DNA from: Eubacterium sp.
GTDB taxonomy: Bacteria; Bacillota; Clostridia; Oscillospirales; Acutalibacteraceae
Length of the DNA: 64,000 nucleotides
NCBI GenBank assembly: GCA_017463985.1
Contig: JAFUEH010000005.1
Coordinates: 2,005 to 66,004, forward strand
Direction of reading: 5' to 3'
Shown here: positions 52,675 to 60,724 of the stretch, one piece after another
Numbering within the stretch: position 1 is the stretch's first letter
Layout of the letters: each line of letters begins with the position of its first letter
Translations under genes and position numbers: made by a program
Notes under the pieces: generated by a model
Told to the model about the DNA's origin: nothing
Seen by the model: only the letters and a program-made list of their open reading frames with translations
Databases searched by the model: none

Positions 52675-54567
52675 TTAAAATAGCATTTGATCAACTGCCT
52701 CTTTGGCTTCTTTTAGGTTCACATTGAAAGTTTCACAATATTTTTTTATGGCTTCAATTTTGTTCTCGGAAGCAAGTTTTTTTATTTCTCCAAGTATTTC
52801 ATCATTTTCGTTGTCATAACTTGTTGAAGAATTCGAATCAGATGCGTTATCGTATTCATCATTTTCTGCAATCTTATCAACAGCTTCTTTTGCTTCTGCT
52901 AAACCTACACCATATAATTCAATATACTTCTTGATTGCCTCCATTTTGTTTTCAGAAGCAAGTTTCTTGATTTGATTCTTATTGTTTTCGTCTTCTTTAT
53001 TCACATATTTCTTGCTTTTCTTGTTTTTAACAGTGATGCTTTCACTGCACATTATTTCAAGAACTTCATCATCGCTCTTTGGCAGAAACCCTTGAACATT
53101 TGATAAGTTATCATAGTTACTATATCCATTAATGAATTTAGCAGCTGTTTTTTCTAAATAAGTTTTTCTTGGCGCCATAAGGTTTGCGTTTTTTTCTGTT
53201 GCCATAACTTGTTTGTTCTTTAGCGATATGCTTCTTACAATCAAATCAATAATACCGCCAATTAGTCCAAGAATCATAAAAACAATTCCACCGATGACTA
53301 ATCCGTCTGGTGCTTTATAACCCATTTTGTTATCTATCTGTATCATGATAACCCCGATTATGAATCCGCAAGCCATAATCCCTAATCCCGGTATAACATT
53401 TAGTTTCTTTTTTGTCAGTTCTTCGGTTTCTTTATTACTTTCAAACAGTTCTTTTTCTATAGGATAAACCATTTCCATGAAAGAATAGTTCTTAGACATA
53501 TCTATTACTGCACTGAATTTTTGATTTTTATAAGTATAATTGATGATGCAAATAGGAATGAAAATACTTACCCACGTATTTTTGCTAACATAAAAACGAG
53601 AATTCATATTTTCTACATAATTACCACCCGCACTACGTGCCGCTATACTTTCAGCAGTATTTCTTGCGCTGCTAAGCATATTCTGCATCTTGCTTTTTAC
53701 AAGTTCAGAATCCATATCGATGCAAATTGGAATCTCTTTATAAAAAGCTGTTTCGCCAGTGTCCTCAAGTAGCTTCGCTTCAAGTTTTATAAGATTATCT
53801 GAAGAATAGCCATCGTCAAATGTTCCCTCAACCTTTTTAATTATACTTTTTGCTGCACTATTGCATTTTATTGCTTTTTCTATTGTCTTAGTTGCTAAAA
53901 CGAGTCTTGAATCGCTCCAATCCTCTCGCCCATTAACAGGGGTTCGGTTCACTTTAACAACGCGTTCGGTTTTGGGAACCTGTTCCCATTGTTTTTTGTC
54001 AGAATTATATTCTCTTTTATATACGGTTTGGTTTTCAAAATATTCATCGCAACGAATTGCGCTCCAATCAAGAGTTCCGGATGCTTTCATGAACGTAAAG
54101 GGATAATACATTTCCGTAACGTCGTCGATGGATATTTCTTTATAAATAGTGTGCGCGATGTTTTTTTGTGATTGTAATGCCATAAAGAAATTGTTAACGC
54201 ATTCTTCCTTTGTTGTATTTGCGTCAAATGCGTATACATCTTTAAAGGCTGACTCCAATTCTTGCTCTTTTGCAATCTCATCTAATCTATCTTGAGCCTT
54301 TTCATTATCGGGATCTGCATCGAGCACCCTTTCATAGTATTCTATAGCTCTGTCTGTATCCCCGTCCTCATAAAACCTTTCTGCTCGTTTTGTAAGGTTT
54401 TCAACATCTTCAGTATGGTCAATTTTAACTTCACCTTTTATTTCAACCAACAGTTTTGACACGTCATTTTTTGAGTATTGCACGCCGCAACTTTGACACT
54501 CAAAGAGGTCGTCACCTACTTTTTTTATTTCTGTGCTACCGCATACTTCACACTGTATTTTTTTCAT
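52675..54567 (-). CDS. Zn-ribbon / TPR / 2-TM protein with two C-terminal L7/L12-CTD-like modules (gene G)
   Basis: N-terminal CEVCGS...CQSCG. TPR-like RAERFYEDGDTDRAIEYYERVLDADPDN. Two adjacent TM helices. Duplicated KKLASENK(M/I)EAIKKY....G..L.EAKEAVD. RBS TAGGAGA. Confidence 0.8.
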   Translation of the reverse strand: MKKIQCEVCGSTEIKKVGDDLFECQSCGVQYSKNDVSKLLVEIKGEVKIDHTEDVENLTKRAERFYEDGDTDRAIEYYERVLDADPDNEKAQDRLDEIAKEQELESAFKDVYAFDANTTKEECVNNFFMALQSQKNIAHTIYKEISIDDVTEMYYPFTFMKASGTLDWSAIRCDEYFENQTVYKREYNSDKKQWEQVPKTERVVKVNRTPVNGREDWSDSRLVLATKTIEKAIKCNSAAKSIIKKVEGTFDDGYSSDNLIKLEAKLLEDTGETAFYKEIPICIDMDSELVKSKMQNMLSSARNTAESIAARSAGGNYVENMNSRFYVSKNTWVSIFIPICIINYTYKNQKFSAVIDMSKNYSFMEMVYPIEKELFESNKETEELTKKKLNVIPGLGIMACGFIIGVIMIQIDNKMGYKAPDGLVIGGIVFMILGLIGGIIDLIVRSISLKNKQVMATEKNANLMAPRKTYLEKTAAKFINGYSNYDNLSNVQGFLPKSDDEVLEIMCSESITVKNKKSKKYVNKEDENNKNQIKKLASENKMEAIKKYIELYGVGLAEAKEAVDKIAENDEYDNASDSNSSTSYDNENDEILGEIKKLASENKIEAIKKYCETFNVNLKEAKEAVDQMLF

Positions 54568-54699
54568 GAATTATTCTCCTATTGTATAATCCTTTGTGAT
54601 TTTCATCGCAAACAAGATTGAACAAATTCTATTACGTGATTGCCATATTAGTATAATAATTGTGTGGATATCCTGATTGTGGTATTTATAATGAACCCT

Positions 54700-56142
54700 T
54701 TATATTAAAGAGTTGTCCGTTCTTATTCCTGACCACTCATTAACATTAGCTTCTCCCCAGTCGTTTCGTTTTGTAATAACAACAGTCCCGTTCTTTTTTA
54801 AGCCAACGGTACTACATATACTCGCTGAAACATCAATAATATCTGACCACGAAGAAACATCGCATTGACCGTAGTCATTATCTCCGGTGGCAACAACCGT
54901 TCCGTCTCTTTTTAATCCTAAAGTATAGTATTCTCCTGCCTCGACAGCAACAATATCTGCCCAGGTCTGCACATTACATTCGTTGTGATCGTTATAACCT
55001 ACTGATACTACTGTCCCGTTCTTTTTTAGACCAACTATATGTCCCCAACCCGCTGAAATATCGATTATTTCTGTCCAGCTTGAAACATCATCTTTCCCTT
55101 TGAATTCAGGACCAGCTATGACTACGCTTCCATCTTTTTTTAGCCCGACACTACTCCAACTTCCTGCTGCAATTGCTACAATATCCGTCCAACCCTGCAC
55201 ATTGCATTGTCCGTTAGTATTGTTACCGATAGCAACAACCGTTCCATCGCACTTTAATCCTAGTGAATGCTCACCGCCTGTAGAAATAGCAACAATATTA
55301 TCCCAATCTTGCACATTGCACTGCCCCTGTTCATTATTACCTGTTGCGACAACAGTGCCATCCTTTTTCAGTCCTAATGTATGATCGCTTGCGGAAACAG
55401 ATATAATATCACTCCACGTACCTATATTGCATTGCCCGTCATCATTGTCACCGGTTGCAACAACCGTTCCTTCATATTTTACGGCTACTGTGTGTCTGTT
55501 TCCGGATGAAACAAACGATAAATCAGTGCGGTTACTTAAATAAGTATTTGCATACAACTCACTATACTTTTCTGCTGAGTCTTTATAATTTCCTAGTTTA
55601 CCATATATTTCAAGCGCTTTTGCGGATTTTCCTTCATTATAGTGAGTTTCCGCACTATTATATTGACTAGCAGGAATAATAACAGTAGTTATAACTATTA
55701 CAAAAACAATTATGCCTGCAACAATAGGAGCAGTTATTATCGCAATACGGTTTCTTTTCTTTTTTGTTGCTATTTGTTTTTGCTTTTCTTCCAACTGCTT
55801 TTTCTCATTGTTTATCTTTATTTTTTCAATTGCTTTGTTGCACTCAGAAATTCTGTTAGAAGAATCTTTCCAGTCGGGAATTTGCATAAAAAACAATATA
55901 GCATCTTCATAACTTGAAATATCATCATCTTGCATTTTTTCGATGCCATTTTTATAGATTTCGTCCTTTTTTATCTTTTCCGCTCTTTCTCGACATTCAA
56001 GTGCAAGTTGCTGTGAGTTTTTATAATCACCCAACATTTCAAAAGCTTCTGCTGTTTTAATTAATGTTATTTCTGAATTATCATTGCTTTCCAGCATGTC
56101 CAATGAAAGCTGATACAATTCTTCATTGTCAAAACTATCCAT
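54700..56142 (-). CDS. Helical N-domain / single TM / seven-blade RCC1-like beta-propeller protein (gene F)
   Basis: Three LGDYK(N/D)S-type helical motifs, TM IAIITAPIVAGIIVFVIVITTVII, then 7 repeats of about 38 aa (H..GLK.DGTVVATG.N..GQCNV..W.DIVAI.AG). RBS GAGGGAG. Confidence 0.85.
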   Translation of the reverse strand: MDSFDNEELYQLSLDMLESNDNSEITLIKTAEAFEMLGDYKNSQQLALECRERAEKIKKDEIYKNGIEKMQDDDISSYEDAILFFMQIPDWKDSSNRISECNKAIEKIKINNEKKQLEEKQKQIATKKKRNRIAIITAPIVAGIIVFVIVITTVIIPASQYNSAETHYNEGKSAKALEIYGKLGNYKDSAEKYSELYANTYLSNRTDLSFVSSGNRHTVAVKYEGTVVATGDNDDGQCNIGTWSDIISVSASDHTLGLKKDGTVVATGNNEQGQCNVQDWDNIVAISTGGEHSLGLKCDGTVVAIGNNTNGQCNVQGWTDIVAIAAGSWSSVGLKKDGSVVIAGPEFKGKDDVSSWTEIIDISAGWGHIVGLKKNGTVVSVGYNDHNECNVQTWADIVAVEAGEYYTLGLKRDGTVVATGDNDYGQCDVSSWSDIIDVSASICSTVGLKKNGTVVITKRNDWGEANVNEWSGIRTDNSLI

Positions 56143-56199
56143 TATTCTCCCTCAATTTTTAAGTTATCTGTTGATAGGTGCCAACCATCGTTTTATCTG

Positions 56200-56904
56200 T
56201 TACTTTTTTAACGCCTTACATTTACTGTTTCTGTCGTTTACAAGGTTGATTAATTCTTCTGATGATGTTGCTGCAAGGTCAACATCATCATTTTTTATTG
56301 CGTCGGAGAAGGCTATAAACTCGTTTTTGATTTGTGTTTCGATATCATTTAATTGCGGCGAGCTCATCGGATCGCTGTAGCGAACTGCCTCGTAAACTTT
56401 CTTCGCCAGTGCTTTTGTTTCGTCTGATTTTGCCCTTGAGATGAGAGATTCTGCATCTACCGTAAGCATTCTTATGTATGCTGTCTTTTCCTTAACCTTA
56501 TGCTCAACGGTGTTGATAATATCTGCCGCTGCAACTGCTTTTACAATTGCGATTGCATAAAACGCAAGAATGAGTACGTCAACGCTTATTCCAACCCAGT
56601 ACGGAATAGCGGGAACTGCCATTGCAATTGCGCCAACAATCAGCGAAGCAACTAACGCACCGAAGGCATAGTGCATAACGGACAGCTTTAAGAATGTTTT
56701 GTTTCTGTTTTCTTCTTTAAAGAAGGTAAAACTGCAACCAAGATTGCCGATAAATACAAGAGTAATAAATGCATAAGCAATCCAGAAGGAAGTTCCGACA
56801 TTTTTAAGACCGACGGTATTACCTGCTACGATGAATACTATAACGTTAAATACCGCAAGGGCAATTGCCCAGCATATCGCATAATACTTAAAAAACTTTT
56901 TCAT
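56200..56904 (-). CDS. Four-TM membrane protein with cytoplasmic helical tail (gene E)
   Basis: 4 predicted TM helices in the first ~135 aa, then an amphipathic helical C-terminus (..VYEAVRYSDPMSSPQLNDIE..). RBS AAGGAGG, 13-nt gap after gene D. Confidence 0.8.
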   Translation of the reverse strand: MKKFFKYYAICWAIALAVFNVIVFIVAGNTVGLKNVGTSFWIAYAFITLVFIGNLGCSFTFFKEENRNKTFLKLSVMHYAFGALVASLIVGAIAMAVPAIPYWVGISVDVLILAFYAIAIVKAVAAADIINTVEHKVKEKTAYIRMLTVDAESLISRAKSDETKALAKKVYEAVRYSDPMSSPQLNDIETQIKNEFIAFSDAIKNDDVDLAATSSEELINLVNDRNSKCKALKK

Positions 56905-56917
56905 TGTTGCTACCTCC

Positions 56918-58051
56918 TTACATTATGCTTGAGAGAAGCTGCGCTTTAAGGTTATTGAATTCTTCCTCGGTGAGCATTCCGGCTTCTTTCATCATTGTTA
57001 GCTTTTCAATTTTTGCTTTGAACGCCGCCATATCATCCTGCGGCTGTGCCTGAGGAGCAGGCTGATTAGCAGAATCGAGCGCACCGCTTACGGCACTTCC
57101 TACTACTCCTCCGACTGCGCCGCCAACACCTGCCATAGTGCCAAATCCAACACCCATATTGGTAAACTGTCCTACGGCTTCATTCTTTGCAACATCCTGT
57201 GCAACATCAAATCCGCGTTCCTGTTGATAGGTGTAGCCTTCCTGTGCACGTTTAGTTGCCATCGCCTGCGACTCGATAACCGTTCTCTGCGCCTGGGTTT
57301 CTGCGTCGATAACTGCGGTCTGCTGACGGAGCTTTGCCTCCGCAATATCAGCATACTGACGGAAATGGAGTGACTTAAATTTTTCGTATGAAGCGTCGCC
57401 GTCCGGCTTAACGATTACGGTTAAGAAGAAGCGCTCAAGTGCAACGCCATATTCAAGAAAATCGGGTTGAAGCATTTTATGTAAATCTTTTGAAATCTCG
57501 TCAAGGCGCTCGTCAATTTCAAAAATGCTGATTTTCTTCTCACGGATAACCTGTGCGAGATAGGACTTAACCTTCGTCATAAGGATTGCACGGAAGTACT
57601 TCATCAAGCCAGCTTGGCCGAGATAATTCTCAGTACCTACTAACTTAATAAGCAGTTTTCTTGAATCGTCAACACGAAGAGCCATTTCACCGCTAGCGCC
57701 TATTGAAATCGGGAAGTTATATGTAGGCTCCATAAACTGAACCTTACTGTCCGTTCCCCATTTGATAGCCATCTGCTCGGTTTTATTGATAAAGTAAACT
57801 TCGCAGTGGAACGGCGTTTTACCGTCAGTAGGAAGCGTAATTGCTTTACCAATAAGCGGAATATTCTGCGTTTCAAGCGTATGCCTGCCAGCACCGAACA
57901 AATCGAGCGCTTGACCGTTCATAAAAAATATCGCTTCCTGCGACTCATGAACGATGAGCTGCGTCATCGTGTTAAAATCTTCGCACGGGTGCTTCCAGAT
58001 AAAGGTACTGTTATCGCCCTCATATTTAATTACATCAACAATTTTTGCCAT
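56918..58051 (-). CDS. SPFH (Band 7, YdjI/COG4260-like) protein with Gly-zipper segment and C-terminal SHOCT domain (gene D)
   Basis: N-terminal IVDVIKYEGDNSTFIWKHPCEDFNTMTQLIVHESQEAIFFMNGQ typical of the Band_7_1 family. GVGFGTMAGVGGAVGGVVGSAVSGAL. C-terminal KIEKLTMMKEAGMLTEEEFNNLKAQLL (SHOCT). RBS AAGGAGAG. Confidence 0.85.
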   Translation of the reverse strand: MAKIVDVIKYEGDNSTFIWKHPCEDFNTMTQLIVHESQEAIFFMNGQALDLFGAGRHTLETQNIPLIGKAITLPTDGKTPFHCEVYFINKTEQMAIKWGTDSKVQFMEPTYNFPISIGASGEMALRVDDSRKLLIKLVGTENYLGQAGLMKYFRAILMTKVKSYLAQVIREKKISIFEIDERLDEISKDLHKMLQPDFLEYGVALERFFLTVIVKPDGDASYEKFKSLHFRQYADIAEAKLRQQTAVIDAETQAQRTVIESQAMATKRAQEGYTYQQERGFDVAQDVAKNEAVGQFTNMGVGFGTMAGVGGAVGGVVGSAVSGALDSANQPAPQAQPQDDMAAFKAKIEKLTMMKEAGMLTEEEFNNLKAQLLSSIM

Positions 58052-58137
58052 TTATTATCTCTCCTTCATTCGAGTTGTCAATCTTCTCTTTGCTAAATTC
58101 TGTTTTATAATATCACAGATCTGTCAATATACTTGAT

Positions 58138-59970
58138 TTAATTGCCCTTATCAATTAATAACTGTTTACTTCTCTCTGCCATTTCAAGATTTCTTTTAGC
58201 AGTGTTAATCTTTTCTTTTTTTAACGGTTTCCTCTTTTTGCCAATAATTCCAAAAACAATTGAAGCTATTGAGATTAAACCTACAAATCCAATAAATGCG
58301 TTTACATTTTCACTGGCTGTATGGACTTTGTCAACAAGAATGCACGTAATAATAAACTCTATTATTCCGAAAAACAGAGTAATTGTCGGTCTGTGCTCGT
58401 ATTTCAATATCTGCATTCTGTATTTATTTATTTCACTGTTAATCTTGTTGAGTTCAGCCTGATAGTCGCTATTATTGTTTTGATTTGCAGAAGAATTCTC
58501 AATCGGCTGGGGTTGACTAATAGCGCTTGCCTTAGTGCCTTGTGATGCCTCGTAAACAATATCGTCAATAGTTTTAGGCTGTTTACGCTCTTCCATAAAT
58601 CTTCTTGTGGTAGCATTTATTTCTCTTACTATTTGACTATATTCATCATCACCTAAAGAATAATCCAGAACGTCGCCAAACGAATCACTATTAACTTTCA
58701 TCTGAATCCATTGCTGCATATTTATTCTAATATCACGAGGTTTCGCACCATCTTGAGGACCAATAATGCCTTTTTCTTCAAGTTGATCCATAAGTTTTAC
58801 GCCTCTCGAATAACCTACGCTAAGTTTGCGTTGTAAAAAGGAGGTAGAGGCTCTTCCTTCTTGTAAAACAATTTCAACCGCTTGTTCAAATAATGGGTCA
58901 AGCATATCAGATTCTTTTTCATCTAACGCAAAGTTTGGATCGTTTTGGGCTGCTTTTTGTTCTATCTCGTTTTGAATCGCATCACCATAAACTTGTTTGG
59001 TAATATATTCCCTTAATTCACCAACAACTTCGTCGCTTATGTAACACGATTTTATTTGCTTTAACTCAGACGTACCTAATGGAAGATAGAGCATATCGCC
59101 AACTGTTGTAAGTCTTTCTGCACAACTACGGTCAAGTATATACCTGGATTCGGCTTTGGTGCGGAGGACAAAAGATAACTTTGATGGAATAGAATTCTTT
59201 ATTCTGTCGGGTAGAAACTTTCTGTCAGCCTGCAACGATGAAATAATTAAGTGCATTCCACAAATTCGTCCGTTTTGAATAATCTTTAGAACACTATCTT
59301 CTATTTCTTTTGGTACTTGTGAATACACTTGATAAAAATCATCAATGATGATTACCATAGGAGTCATAATCTCCATATCATCATGACTTTCAACAAATCT
59401 GTTGTATCCGTTAATATCGCGAACACCTGTATCTGAAAATGCCTGCATCCTTCTTAATGACTCAGAAACTGCCCAGCCAAGCGCACCACTTGCTTTCCTC
59501 GGATCGGTAATAATGGGCACAATTAAATTAGGCGAGTTATCGAAATCAACAAACTCTATTTTCTTTGGGTCAATCAATAACAGCTTGGGACTATAATAAT
59601 TGTGTTTACATAAGAAAGAGAATATTATTGAACGCAGGCAATTCGTTTTACCGTAACCCGAAGCGCCGGTAATAAGCAAATGCTGTAATTTTTCTAAATC
59701 GCCATAGATAAGATTTCCTTTATAATCCTTGCCTAAAGCGAAGGTCAGCTCACTGCTGTTATTTAAGAATTCTTTATTTTCGGTTAACTCTTTTATGTCA
59801 ACGTGGTAATCCGGCTTTTGAACTATAGTAAATCTATTGTTATCGCTTTTATTGCTATCGTCAAAGTAGAACACAGTTTGTTTTGTTCCGCATGATTCAC
59901 AAACAGCGATTTTATCACCCTTATTCAATGACAGATTGCCACCGCATATTTCACATTTTAATACTGCCAT
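58138..59970 (-). CDS. FtsK/SpoIIIE-family motor (alpha-beta-gamma) with N-terminal Zn ribbon and C-terminal TM anchors (gene C)
   Basis: CEICGG...CESCG. HLLITGASGYGKTN (Walker A), LLLIDPKKIEF, VIIIDDF (Walker B-like), gamma-domain DPLFEQAVEIVLQEGRASTSFLQRKLSVGYSRGVKLMDQLEEKGIIGPQDGAKPRDI. Two C-terminal TM helices. RBS AAGGAG. Confidence 0.9.
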   Translation of the reverse strand: MAVLKCEICGGNLSLNKGDKIAVCESCGTKQTVFYFDDSNKSDNNRFTIVQKPDYHVDIKELTENKEFLNNSSELTFALGKDYKGNLIYGDLEKLQHLLITGASGYGKTNCLRSIIFSFLCKHNYYSPKLLLIDPKKIEFVDFDNSPNLIVPIITDPRKASGALGWAVSESLRRMQAFSDTGVRDINGYNRFVESHDDMEIMTPMVIIIDDFYQVYSQVPKEIEDSVLKIIQNGRICGMHLIISSLQADRKFLPDRIKNSIPSKLSFVLRTKAESRYILDRSCAERLTTVGDMLYLPLGTSELKQIKSCYISDEVVGELREYITKQVYGDAIQNEIEQKAAQNDPNFALDEKESDMLDPLFEQAVEIVLQEGRASTSFLQRKLSVGYSRGVKLMDQLEEKGIIGPQDGAKPRDIRINMQQWIQMKVNSDSFGDVLDYSLGDDEYSQIVREINATTRRFMEERKQPKTIDDIVYEASQGTKASAISQPQPIENSSANQNNNSDYQAELNKINSEINKYRMQILKYEHRPTITLFFGIIEFIITCILVDKVHTASENVNAFIGFVGLISIASIVFGIIGKKRKPLKKEKINTAKRNLEMAERSKQLLIDKGN

Positions 59971-59987
59971 AACAGTACTCCTTAAAT

Positions 59988-60494
59988 CTATGATTTGATT
60001 TTTCCGATTAAAGCAAGCACAGCTGACATAACAACAACTGAAATAATAATTGCCGTAGCGGTTGGTGACAAATCGCCTGCTTTAAGATGATATATGATGT
60101 ATACTGCACCTGCTATAGCGGCGCCAATCAGCAACAAAAACAGAACCAGAATAATTATTCCAATTTTTCCGTCGTTTTTATCCGATTGTCCTTTTGCTTC
60201 TTCTCGCTTCTTTTCGGCTTCCTTCAGCTCAAGCAAACGGCTTTCGCAATATGATATTTTTTCACGTGCCTCTTTTAAAAACGAAATCGTGTTTAACTGA
60301 TTAATTGCATCGGTATATTCTTCAACAGAATTCATGTGCATTTTTAAGTCTGCGTTCTTATATATTCTGTGAATTCTGTCAAGTTCCTTACAGTCTGCTA
60401 CAACCGAGTTTCCACAATTTTCGCAAACGGCATATTCTGAATTCAGGGAATAAGCCATTGTTCCGCCGCACATTTCACATTTTTGTGTAGCCAT
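59988..60494 (-). CDS. Zn-ribbon / coiled-coil / 2-TM protein (gene B)
   Basis: CEMCGG...CENCG, coiled coil, C-terminal hydrophobic helices IGIIILVLFLLLIGAAIAGAVYII and AIIISVVVMSAVLALIG. The start overlaps the stop of gene A (TAATG). Confidence 0.8.
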   Translation of the reverse strand: MATQKCEMCGGTMAYSLNSEYAVCENCGNSVVADCKELDRIHRIYKNADLKMHMNSVEEYTDAINQLNTISFLKEAREKISYCESRLLELKEAEKKREEAKGQSDKNDGKIGIIILVLFLLLIGAAIAGAVYIIYHLKAGDLSPTATAIIISVVVMSAVLALIGKIKS

Positions 60495-60688
60495 TACTTA
60501 TCCTCGCTGATTTCTAAATTATCAATAGAAAATTCCAGACATCTCTGCATTATATCGTTTCTTGTTCTGCCAGTAGTTTTTGCAATTTCGTCAAGCGTTG
60601 CAACAAGCTCAACAGGTAACCGTAAAGAAATAACTGATGTTTCTCCCTGGTACTTTTTCATAGTAATTTTCAACTTCCTATCCGACAT
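60494..60688 (-). CDS. Ribbon-helix-helix (CopG/Arc-like) regulator (gene A)
   Basis: ISLRLPVELVATLDEIAKTTGRTRNDIMQRCLEFSI is an RHH pattern. ATG at 60688 behind GGGTGA. The ORF-track start at 60736 lies upstream of the predicted TSS. Confidence 0.75.
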   Translation of the reverse strand: MSDRKLKITMKKYQGETSVISLRLPVELVATLDEIAKTTGRTRNDIMQRCLEFSIDNLEISEDK

Positions 60689-60724
60689 ATTTTCACCCGC
60701 TTTTAAGTATAATATATCGACTAT

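Noticed and set aside
54760-55520. Periodic ~114-nt repeats
   Set aside because: These are coding repeats of the seven RCC1-like blades, in frame. They are not a CRISPR array and not a DGR template/variable repeat pair, since no reverse transcriptase or second near-identical copy is seen.
58138-59970. FtsK-like gene as a T7SS EssC-type ATPase
   Set aside because: It has a single ATPase domain, not two or three, and no FHA domains. There are no WXG100/EsxA or EssA/EssB-like genes nearby, and the presence of a gamma DNA-binding domain argues for DNA as substrate.
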